This document shows positions 19,619 to 28,200 of a stretch of DNA of 64,000 nucleotides, piece after piece. The notes under the pieces are model-generated. The model made no database searches. It worked only from the letters and a program-made list of their open reading frames with translations, and was not told the origin of the DNA. The first letter of the stretch is position 1; the number at the start of each line of letters is the position of its first letter. A program made the translations under genes and the position numbers. The DNA is from Candidatus Hydrogenedentota bacterium (GTDB lineage Bacteria; Hydrogenedentota; Hydrogenedentia; Hydrogenedentales; SLHB01): the NCBI GenBank assembly GCA_963674865.2, contig CAXXYE010000009.1, positions 1,280,001-1,344,000 on the forward strand. The letters are read 5' to 3'.

Positions 19619-19788
19619 GGGTATTCTGTAGTGCCCCGGGGGCTCCCCCGCAGCCCACGGGGAGGCGTTATTCGACTTCTTCCTCGAGGTGCTCAAGAGC
19701 CACATGGGCCTCAAGCGTGCCCTGCTTCACGACGTGCCAGAAGGTTGATCGGTTCCTTGCACACACACTCTCCGGCGGCTCTCGGTTA

Positions 19789-20313
19789 TCACGGATCAAG
19801 ATGGCACATTCTGGACTGCGGCCATTCCTCCCACGCGACGCGTGAGTCGTCAACGATGAAGCCGAACTTCTTGAAAGGAGAAAACGAAGGCAACCATTGG
19901 AATGCGTCGGCCGGTGGACTGGGGTCCGCGCATGCCTCGATCTTTCTGAATCCGTGTTCGCGACAGAAGTCAATGGTCTCTGCAATCATCTTGCTGGCTA
20001 TGCCCATGTTCCGGTACCAGTCCTGTACGAGCAGGCGTGAGATTGACATAGTTGTAGCGAACTCTTCGGGATTCCCCAAGCCCGTAGGCAGTCCAATCCA
20101 CCGTGCGTACTTCTTGGGCAGAAAGATTGTCTGCGCCGCGATCCCTTTCTCTCCCCTGGCGAGCAGACCAATACTGTCTACCTCCTCGTGGATCTTGATC
20201 CACATGTCACTCTGAAACTGCCTCTTGCAGACGCCGGACATGCAGCAATAGAAGCCTTTCTGAAAACCATTTCTCACTTCGTCCAGCGTGATATGCGCGA
20301 TTGTTGGATTCAT
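19789..20313 (-). CDS. GNAT acetyltransferase (YoaP N-terminal-like)
   Basis: YRNMGIASKMI acetyl-CoA motif, FKKFGF; ATGA overlap with the upstream gene. Confidence 0.7.
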   Translation of the reverse strand: MNPTIAHITLDEVRNGFQKGFYCCMSGVCKRQFQSDMWIKIHEEVDSIGLLARGEKGIAAQTIFLPKKYARWIGLPTGLGNPEEFATTMSISRLLVQDWYRNMGIASKMIAETIDFCREHGFRKIEACADPSPPADAFQWLPSFSPFKKFGFIVDDSRVAWEEWPQSRMCHLDP

Positions 20314-20633
20314 TTCCGGTTCTCCCGCGTCGCGGCGGCGATCATGTCTTTGAGGGTCTCCAGGTGAGTGGGGCTACCTGACCATCTGTTAAGGAGAAGC
20401 CGCGCGCCATTGACAAAGACGCTGCTGTAGACGCTCCCCGGCCGTTCACCCCTACGGTACTCGCGGACCAGTTGGGCTACGTGAGACGGGATGTCGTCCA
20501 TTGGCTCCTTGATTTCCCAGATGTTCAGGATTCTGCAGTTGAGTCCAGCCTCGACGCACGCCTGCGCAACAGTCTGGCTGTCACGATCGGCCATGCAGAA
20601 GGGATTAGCGAGCAGTTCAAGAGTCGTGCCCAT
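20310..20633 (-). CDS. Small thioredoxin-fold-like hypothetical protein
   Basis: GGAG RBS before ATG 20633; NPFC and SSVFVNG; translationally coupled to the GNAT gene. Confidence 0.5.
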   Translation of the reverse strand: MGTTLELLANPFCMADRDSQTVAQACVEAGLNCRILNIWEIKEPMDDIPSHVAQLVREYRRGERPGSVYSSVFVNGARLLLNRWSGSPTHLETLKDMIAAATRENRK

Positions 20634-20815
20634 TACCGTCGCTCCCATCCTATTATTCCGGTTTCTCTGTTTTGGGCCAACAATGCTCACATGGCCGCAT
20701 CACAGCACCTCTGGGCCGCGACATCGCGATTGCGGATACACTTTGTCTTTATTGTCGCCGTCTTTCCTGCTAAAATGAAATGTAGTCTGTACCTCGCACA
20801 CGAGAGCCGAGTTTC

Positions 20816-22918
20816 ATGAAGATCAAGCACTTGCGGATCTATTACGTCCGCCCCTCGACGTATGATGACGAGGGGCACGTAGTTCGATACTGGCGGGGAA
20901 TTCTCCCCTCAAATACGTTGTGCTGCCTGAAGAGTCTCACCTGTGACGTAGCCTGCTCCGCGGAGCTCGGCCAGGACGTCGAGGTCTCCGTCGAGATCTA
21001 CGACGACGCAGTACAGCAGATCCCCAAGAAGCGGATTATGCGGCAACACCGGCGGGAGGACACCCGGGTCATTGTCGGGCTGGCAGGTGTCCAGACGAAC
21101 CAGTTTGCGCGCGCCATGGACTTGGCCCTCGAATTCCGCGCTGCCGATGTCCCCGTGATGATTGGCGGCTTTCATGTCAGCGGAATCATGGCCACCTTGC
21201 CGGAACTCACGCCCGAATTGCAGCGGTTGCTTGACGAAGGCGCTACACTCGTCCGCGGCGAGGCGGAGGCTCCCGGCCTCCTAGCCGCCATCCTGCGGGA
21301 CGCCCTGAATGGCGGCTTGAAACCCATTTACGAGAGCCGATGCTATCCGGATATATCGAACGCGTCCGTTCCGCAGCCTGATAAGAAGTATCTGCGCCGT
21401 TTCCGTTGCCGCAACATGGGCACCATCGACACCAGCCGCGGCTGCCCCTTTGGCTGTTCTTTCTGCTCAGTGATCAATGTGCAGGGACGCAAGATGCGCC
21501 ACCGCTCGGCGGCTTGTGTTCTCGAAACCATTGCCATGAACTACGATAGGGGTGTCGATTTCTATTTCTTCACGGACGATAACTTCTCGCGGAGCCCGGT
21601 GTGGGAGGAGATTCTCGACGGACTCATCGAGATGCGGCGGGAGGGGCGCGCCGTTTCGTTCATGCTCCAATGCGACACTAAGGCCCACCGCATACCGCGT
21701 TTCGCCGAGAAGCTCGAACAGGCCGGATGCTACATGGTGTTTGTCGGTATGGAGAGCGTCAATCCCGAGAACCTTCGAGCCATGGGCAAGACGCAGAATG
21801 ATGTGAGCCGGTACCGTGAAATGGTTGATGCCTGGCATCGCGCCAAAATCCTGGTTCACGTTGGCTACATCATCGGCTTGCCCTTTGATACGCGCGAATC
21901 GGTTCGCCGCGACGTCGAGGTCCTGCGAAACCAGGTGCAGGTGGATGAGGCGTCTTTCTTCATGTTGACGCCGCTGCCCGGCTCGCAAGATCATCAGGAG
22001 ATGGTGCGCGGCCTGGTGCCGATAGACGCGGATCTAAATAATTACGATAGTTGCCACGAGACGTTTCGCCATTCACGGATGGCGCCGGGCCAATGGCGCG
22101 CCGCGTATGAGGATGCCTGGGACTCCTTCTATAGCAAGGAGAACATCGTCAATGTGCTCTTGCGCACCCCGCGCGAGCGCTACTGGGGCATGCTCTGGAT
22201 CTTCGTGTGGTATCGCTTCTGCACGATCGAGAAGACGCATCCCATGATGACGGGCCTTGTCCGCCTCAAGGAGCGAAAGGCTCGCCGGGCCGGATATCCC
22301 CGCGAAGGCCGGATCGCCTACGCCTGGCGGCGAGCCACTGAGCTTGCTCGCACATTTAGGCGCTATGCGGATCTTTTCTTCGAGTTCCAGGAGATTTGGC
22401 TGCTCACCCGCAAGCCCGATGATCCGCGCTGGGCGACCTTGGCCGATCTGCGCGCCAAATGGGCCGAAGCGGAGCAGCGCCTTCACGAAAGCGACCTTGC
22501 CGGCCGCTGTGACGCGGCTTCTCAGGAGGTCCGCGCGATGCTCGAGGCGGCTGCCGAACGGATGCGCCAACTCGCGTCCGCCGGTAGGCGGATGAACCAC
22601 GGCGCACGCAAGCAGTTGCTGCGCAAAGCCAGAGAGATCGACGCGTATCTCAAAGGTTTCGAGATGCAGCTTCCAGGCTGGCGCCGAGTTGTCGACGCCG
22701 AGCGATACGTCAGCGATAGTCTCCTTGCAGGCTACGAGGAACTCGCCATTCGTTACGTAGCGCAACGCCGCCGTTTCAACGCCTACCGCCGCGACCTCAT
22801 CAGGCGCCTCAAGACGGGTCGCATCCTCACGGCTGATGTTTCGCTGATGCCGCGCGCCATTCTCTTTGAACTGATATTGGGGCTCCGTTTCGGCCTTACC
22901 TTTATCAGTCAGCTCTAG
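20816..22918 (+). CDS. B12-binding-type radical SAM protein with a helical C-terminal extension
   Basis: IGGFH, SRGCPFGCSFC (CxxxCxxC), FFTDDNF, FVGMES, TPLPGS; extended -10 TGCTAAAAT at 20768-20776. Confidence 0.85.
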   Translation: MKIKHLRIYYVRPSTYDDEGHVVRYWRGILPSNTLCCLKSLTCDVACSAELGQDVEVSVEIYDDAVQQIPKKRIMRQHRREDTRVIVGLAGVQTNQFARAMDLALEFRAADVPVMIGGFHVSGIMATLPELTPELQRLLDEGATLVRGEAEAPGLLAAILRDALNGGLKPIYESRCYPDISNASVPQPDKKYLRRFRCRNMGTIDTSRGCPFGCSFCSVINVQGRKMRHRSAACVLETIAMNYDRGVDFYFFTDDNFSRSPVWEEILDGLIEMRREGRAVSFMLQCDTKAHRIPRFAEKLEQAGCYMVFVGMESVNPENLRAMGKTQNDVSRYREMVDAWHRAKILVHVGYIIGLPFDTRESVRRDVEVLRNQVQVDEASFFMLTPLPGSQDHQEMVRGLVPIDADLNNYDSCHETFRHSRMAPGQWRAAYEDAWDSFYSKENIVNVLLRTPRERYWGMLWIFVWYRFCTIEKTHPMMTGLVRLKERKARRAGYPREGRIAYAWRRATELARTFRRYADLFFEFQEIWLLTRKPDDPRWATLADLRAKWAEAEQRLHESDLAGRCDAASQEVRAMLEAAAERMRQLASAGRRMNHGARKQLLRKAREIDAYLKGFEMQLPGWRRVVDAERYVSDSLLAGYEELAIRYVAQRRRFNAYRRDLIRRLKTGRILTADVSLMPRAILFELILGLRFGLTFISQL

Positions 22919-23208
22919 CAGCTCGCCCGTAGTCACCGCTCCCGTTGAGGCCGATAGCCTTGCCCGTCATCGGTAGATAACTCGACTGCGCCGCGCATAC
23001 GGTGCTCCAAGACGGCCCCATCTCTTGAGATGTGCTCACCAGACGGGTGAAGAAACTGGTTTCGCTAATGTCTTCAATTCCAGTGACTTGACGCGCGGCG
23101 CAATTGGCGACCCGGCCATCCGGGCTTGCGTTAGGCGAGGCAATGTGGTAATACCTTGAACCGTGAGGCTGCAACTCCTCAGCGTAAGAACAAGGTTCAA
23201 GGCACGTC

Positions 23209-23637
23209 GTGGTGCATTTGCCCGGACATAGACGTTCTAGAGGGACATTCCACCGAAGTCTCTGTCTTGGGCTGGCCCTGTTGTACCTTGTCGTGTTCGT
23301 CTGCGCCAATCTGTTCCATACCGGCCACCCGGGTGCTATCGGCGACGATCATCTCTGCGCCGCGTCCGCCTCTCCCGCTCATGTCGGACTCGTTGTCAGC
23401 GTGATGCCCCTCGATTCTCCTACCTCGCGGGGGCACGACGCTTGCCACGCTCCTGGCCTTTGCGCGGCCTGTGCGTTTAGCGCGACGAGTAAGGCTACGG
23501 TCCTGGCCGCTCCCATGCATGGCGAGGCGTGCGATGTCGCCGCACCCTTTGAGCAGGGCAGTAGCGAGGTCCTCACGGGCCGTTTCATGAGGCCTGCCTA
23601 CTCGATTCGACCTCCCCCGACTTCTCGCCCTTCCTGA
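23209..23637 (+). CDS. DUF2946-like His/Cys-rich exported leader protein
   Basis: N-terminal hydrophobic helix followed by H-x-x-H, CHAPGLCAAC, C-terminal SIRPPP; sits upstream of a metal-uptake operon. Confidence 0.65.
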   Translation: MVHLPGHRRSRGTFHRSLCLGLALLYLVVFVCANLFHTGHPGAIGDDHLCAASASPAHVGLVVSVMPLDSPTSRGHDACHAPGLCAACAFSATSKATVLAAPMHGEACDVAAPFEQGSSEVLTGRFMRPAYSIRPPPTSRPS

Positions 23638-23951
23638 CCGCCCTCAGTCGGTACTTCTTCCTGCAGAGAGGACTGCTCTATGCCGCGGTTCGCGTCTCTG
23701 CACCAACTACAAGTAGACGGGAATCATGTATCCTCGCTGTCCCACCGGATGGGTTTCTGCGGCCGTGGCTGTGCGCAAGAACCCCGGAAGCTTCTTCGGC
23801 CTTCGGCCGGCCTTGACGGCCCCTACGTTGAGGGCGTCTATGGCTGCGGCTCCGGCATATATCACATCGCGAGGTAGTCGTTTGAGCACGCCGGGAGGTA
23901 GGGAGATGCCCCTCTCCCCGCGGCCACGGCATTTCCTGTGAGGATTAGACG

Positions 23952-25385
23952 ATGAAACCAACGTCAGTCAGCTTTGTTCTATGTATTCTGCTTGTCATTG
24001 CTCTTTCTCTACCGTGCTACGGTGACGAGAAATCCGAACTCGCGGAACTGAAGGCGCAGATTGAGGCCCTTCAGGAGCAGCTTACCGCCATGCAGGCGCA
24101 GCACGCGGCGGAGATCGGGGCGCTCCAGAAGCGATTGAACACGCTTGCAGGACCTGATGCCGAGCATTCCGGGGTTCAAGCCGATGTCGTCGATCTCCGG
24201 GCCTTGGCCGAGGCCGAGGCAAAGAAGGAAGAGCCCGCGGACACGGCCACCGAGGATGTTACGTTCAAAGCAGGTGCTTTGAGTCTGCAGGCGCTGAATC
24301 CGGAGATAAGCGTCACGGGTGATATGATCGGCACCTACCAACATCAGAAACCGACGACGGACAATTGGCGGTTCAATTTCCGCGGATTGGGGCTGCACTT
24401 CGAGTCCTATCTCGATCCCTATACCAGGTTCAAGGCGGCCGTGTCCGTCAATGAGAATGAGGCGAAACTCGGCGAAGCCTACATGACGCGGTTCGGGATC
24501 TGGGATGATTTCAACCTGACCTTGGGCAAGTTTAGGCAGCAGTTCGGCGTCGTCAACCGTTGGCATAAGCACGCATTGGACCAAGTGGATTTTCCTTTGG
24601 CCCTCCGCCGGATTTTCGGGGATGGCGGACTCAATCAGACAGGACTCTCTCTGGATTGGAATATGCCGGCTATCGGCGGTAATGCCCAGGAACTCACCTT
24701 CCAGTTCACGAATGGCGAGAACGCACGCCTCTTCGGAGATAACTCCTGGGATACGCCCTCTATGCTGCTTCATTACAAGAACTTCCGTGACCTGACGAAG
24801 AGTACCTACCTGGAGTTCGGTACGACGGCCATGGTGGGATGGAATGATGAATGGGATGTGCGCGTCAAGAGCTACGACGACGGCACAACGTTTACGCTGT
24901 GGACCACGAAGAAGAAGAAGCTTCCGACTTGGATCTTCGGGGGCGACTTGTCGCTTCTATGGGAGCCCACGGGGCGGATGCGCTACCGCAACCTGGAGTG
25001 GCGCACGGAATTCTACTATCTGGATCGGCAGATCCAGGATCCATTTGCTTACGACCGGGATCATCTGAACGCGTGGGGCGGATACAGCTATCTTCAGGCC
25101 AAGCTCTCGAGGCGTTGGGAAACGGGAGTGCGGCTTGACTACTACGAACCCGATCAGAAGCGCTACGCGGCCCTGCCGCAGGTTAGTCTGGCCCCCTTGG
25201 CGTATCCCGAGAAGGATGCATACCGTTGGCAAGTCGGGCCTTACCTGACGTGGCATCAGAGCCCGTTCGTGCGTTTCCGGCTCGAGTACAACCACGAAGA
25301 CGGACACGGTATGGAGGAACCCGAGGATCGGATCATGCTCCAGATGATCTTTGCCGCGGGTCCTCACAAACACGAGCGCTACTAA
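23952..25385 (+). CDS. Outer-membrane beta-barrel/porin-like protein of a metal-uptake operon
   Basis: Signal peptide, N-terminal coiled coil, LNPEISVTGD, GKFRQQFG..NRWHKH, amphipathic strands, C-terminal GPHKHERY. Confidence 0.75.
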   Translation: MKPTSVSFVLCILLVIALSLPCYGDEKSELAELKAQIEALQEQLTAMQAQHAAEIGALQKRLNTLAGPDAEHSGVQADVVDLRALAEAEAKKEEPADTATEDVTFKAGALSLQALNPEISVTGDMIGTYQHQKPTTDNWRFNFRGLGLHFESYLDPYTRFKAAVSVNENEAKLGEAYMTRFGIWDDFNLTLGKFRQQFGVVNRWHKHALDQVDFPLALRRIFGDGGLNQTGLSLDWNMPAIGGNAQELTFQFTNGENARLFGDNSWDTPSMLLHYKNFRDLTKSTYLEFGTTAMVGWNDEWDVRVKSYDDGTTFTLWTTKKKKLPTWIFGGDLSLLWEPTGRMRYRNLEWRTEFYYLDRQIQDPFAYDRDHLNAWGGYSYLQAKLSRRWETGVRLDYYEPDQKRYAALPQVSLAPLAYPEKDAYRWQVGPYLTWHQSPFVRFRLEYNHEDGHGMEEPEDRIMLQMIFAAGPHKHERY

Positions 25386-25408
25386 GTCCAAGAAGAGGAG
25401 GTATTTCC

Positions 25409-26488
25409 ATGCGTCGCGTTACGTATCATGGCGTTTTGGCCGGCCTGAGTTGCGCCTTTCTCATAGTGGCGGCCTTCAGTGCGGGAGCCGAGGATGCGCC
25501 GCCGCACCTTAGCGTTGTGACCACATTGCCGGATTATGCGGCTATCGCGAAAGCCCTGGGGGCCGAGCGGATCACCGCCACGCACATTGTTGAAGGGGAT
25601 CAGGATGCCCACTTCATTCGCCCTAAGCCTTCCTTCGTCAACATGGTGAGACATGCCGACGTCTTGATCGCCACGGGATTGGACCTCGAGCTTTGGCTGT
25701 CCACCGTCGTCGACAAGTCCGGGAATGGGCGTGTACGGAGCGGGCAGGTCGGCTATGTCGCCGCCGCGCAAGGAATGCCTCTCCTGGAGAAACCCGCCAG
25801 TCTCTCCCGGGCAGAAGGCGGTGTGCACATTTATGGGAACCCGCACGTGACGTGCGGCCCCATTCAGATGCGCTACGCCGCCCGCAATATCGCGACAGGT
25901 CTTATCAAGAACGATCCTGAGGGCAAAGAGCTCTATGAGCGAAACTTGGCGACCTTCATCGAGGAGATCGATGAGCGGCTATTCGGTAAAGCGCTTGTCG
26001 ATTTGCTGGGCGGCGACACGCTATGCACCTTGGCCGAGAAGGGCACGCTGATGTCCTTCCTGGAGGGGCAGGAACTTGACGGCAGGCCGTTGACGGAGTC
26101 TCTCGGGGGATGGCTGAAGGCCATGCTGCCCCTTCGCGGGACGCCGATTGTCACGTACCACAAGAACTGGGTCTACTTCCTGAAGCTATTCGGGATGGAG
26201 GAAGCGGGCACCGTTGAGCCGAAGCCTGGGATACCTCCCTCCCCGCGCCATGTGACGCAATTGGTAGAGATGATGCGCGCGCGGAGTATCCGGATCATCC
26301 TTGCGGCCAACTACTTCGACGAGCAGAAGATCGAGACCGTCGCCAGCCGCGTCGGAGCCGAAGCAGTCATTGTGCCTCTCTACGTCGGCGGCACTCCTGG
26401 AGTGGAAGACTACCTCCAGTTGGTGGACCTTTGGACTGGGCGATTGCTGGACGCGGCGAAGGCCAAGGGCCTTATCGGTGCAGAGTGA
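25409..26488 (+). CDS. Zn/Mn ABC transporter substrate-binding protein (ZnuA/TroA-like)
   Basis: VVTTLPD, DAHF, GLDLELW, GNPH, TYH, EPKPGIPPSPRH; GAGGAGG RBS. Confidence 0.9.
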   Translation: MRRVTYHGVLAGLSCAFLIVAAFSAGAEDAPPHLSVVTTLPDYAAIAKALGAERITATHIVEGDQDAHFIRPKPSFVNMVRHADVLIATGLDLELWLSTVVDKSGNGRVRSGQVGYVAAAQGMPLLEKPASLSRAEGGVHIYGNPHVTCGPIQMRYAARNIATGLIKNDPEGKELYERNLATFIEEIDERLFGKALVDLLGGDTLCTLAEKGTLMSFLEGQELDGRPLTESLGGWLKAMLPLRGTPIVTYHKNWVYFLKLFGMEEAGTVEPKPGIPPSPRHVTQLVEMMRARSIRIILAANYFDEQKIETVASRVGAEAVIVPLYVGGTPGVEDYLQLVDLWTGRLLDAAKAKGLIGAE

Positions 26489-26507
26489 AGTCTTACGGGA
26501 GAGAAAT

Positions 26508-27332
26508 ATGTCGGAGACCTTTCGGTTCTTTGCCCTTCAGACGACGCTGCTAGGGGTGGTCCTCATACTCCACACCTACCTTGGGCTCCATATCATTAGG
26601 CGGACCCTCATATTCTCCGATTTGGTCCTGGATCAACTTGCGGCATTGGGAGTGCTCGTGGCGGTAGGATTTGGGGTCGAATACGGGGCCGGCGAAGCGT
26701 ACCTGGCCTCGTTTGTTGCGGTGATTGTTGGCGCTGCGCTGTTGGCTCTGCTCAAGCCCACGAATCCAAACATCCCGCGCGAGGCGGTCATTGGTATCTT
26801 GTACGCCTTGGCGTTGGTGGCATCCCTGCTGGTAGGGGATAAGTTGTCCGGCGGAGGCGCCTATCTGAGCAAGACGCTTGGCGGGTCGATTCTATGGGCA
26901 TCGTGGCCATTGGTTTGGACCACCGTCGTTGTCTACGCACTCTTGTTGGTCTTTCACCTTGTTTTCCGCAAGAAGTTCATTGGCCTGACGGAAGGCCATG
27001 GAGGGATCCGGCGAGAGCGCGTGTGGGACTTCCTCTTCTTTGTGACTCAGGGCATCATAACCGTTCTGATCGTTCCCCTGGCCGGGGTGCTGCTGGCGTA
27101 CGCCTTCTTGATGATCCCAGCTGCAACAGCGGCCATGTTTACCAACAAGTGGGGCAGCGCCATCGCTTTGGGATGGTCGCTCGGATACGCGGCCTGCCTC
27201 GCCGGACTGGGCGCCTCCCATCACTTCGACGTGCCCTATGGGCCAAGTCTTGTGCTTGCTCTCGGCGCCCTTTTCGTTGTCAGCCTTCTCGTTAGAGCCT
27301 TACTGCCGCGCCGCCGTGAGGGGACAAGCTGA
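26508..27332 (+). CDS. Metal ABC transporter permease (ZnuB/ABC-3 type)
   Basis: HTYLGLHIIRR, EAVIGILY, GVLLAYAFLMIPA; highly hydrophobic. Confidence 0.85.
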   Translation: MSETFRFFALQTTLLGVVLILHTYLGLHIIRRTLIFSDLVLDQLAALGVLVAVGFGVEYGAGEAYLASFVAVIVGAALLALLKPTNPNIPREAVIGILYALALVASLLVGDKLSGGGAYLSKTLGGSILWASWPLVWTTVVVYALLLVFHLVFRKKFIGLTEGHGGIRRERVWDFLFFVTQGIITVLIVPLAGVLLAYAFLMIPAATAAMFTNKWGSAIALGWSLGYAACLAGLGASHHFDVPYGPSLVLALGALFVVSLLVRALLPRRREGTS

Positions 27333-28174
27333 TGGCCAACATGATCGAGATTCTCTTGCTTCCTTTGCTCGCATGTGTCGCCATGACGCTTATCCTCAGC
27401 CACCTGGGCATTCACGTGCTGAAGCGCGAGGTGGTGTTCATTGATATCGCGTTGGCGCAGGTTGCCGCGTTGGGGGCGATCTCGGCCCACCTGGTCATTG
27501 GTACGGCAATGAACTCGCCGCTTTCGTACCTCTTCGCCCTCGGCGCCACCTTTCTGGCGGCGGCCTTCTTTGCCTACGCACGGAAGGTGGTCAAGGAGAT
27601 TCCCCTGGAGGCGGTGATTGGTGTCACCTACGCGATTGCCGCGGGCGCCACGCTCTTCGTAGTCGGTGCAGCCAGCGGCGGGCATGTGCACGTCCAAGAG
27701 GTGCTTGCGGGGAGCATCCTCTGGACGACCTGGGGACAGCTCACGGCGTGCGCTATCACGTTCGGCCTCGTGGGGCTGTGCTTCTTCCTGTTTCGGCGGC
27801 CGTTCAACAGGATCAGCGAGGACTACGAGCAGGCAAGTGCGCATGGCCTGAAGCCGGCGCGATGGGATTTTCTCTTCTATGCACTCTTCGGCGTGGTTAT
27901 CACACAGAGCGTACGCGTGGCCGGTGTGGTGGTGGTGTTCGCCTTTCTTATCATTCCCGCGACCGCGTCTGCGCTGTTCTTCACGAGCACCGGCCCCCGC
28001 TTGGTGATGGCGTGGGGCATCGGCTTGGCGGCGACGTTGATGGGCCTGTTCTTCGCGTACCAGTGGGACTACTCAGTGGGGCCGTCCGTCGCGATGTTCC
28101 TGGGGCTATTGCTCGCGTTGGGGGGGATTGCGCAGGCTGGGCTCTCCCGGCTGAAGGTACTTCACTCGCCGTAG
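27332..28174 (+). CDS. Metal ABC transporter permease (second paralogue)
   Basis: HLGIHVLKR, EAVIGVTY, GSILW, AGVVVVFAFLIIPA; TGATG overlap with the previous gene. Confidence 0.85.
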   Translation: MANMIEILLLPLLACVAMTLILSHLGIHVLKREVVFIDIALAQVAALGAISAHLVIGTAMNSPLSYLFALGATFLAAAFFAYARKVVKEIPLEAVIGVTYAIAAGATLFVVGAASGGHVHVQEVLAGSILWTTWGQLTACAITFGLVGLCFFLFRRPFNRISEDYEQASAHGLKPARWDFLFYALFGVVITQSVRVAGVVVVFAFLIIPATASALFFTSTGPRLVMAWGIGLAATLMGLFFAYQWDYSVGPSVAMFLGLLLALGGIAQAGLSRLKVLHSP

Positions 28175-28200
28175 CTCAGAGCGCGCGGAATTCGTCTTCG

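Noticed and set aside
23680..23877. 65-aa ORF in the spacer after the DUF2946-like leader
   Set aside because: Only a weak RBS-like sequence and no recognisable features; translation cannot be supported.
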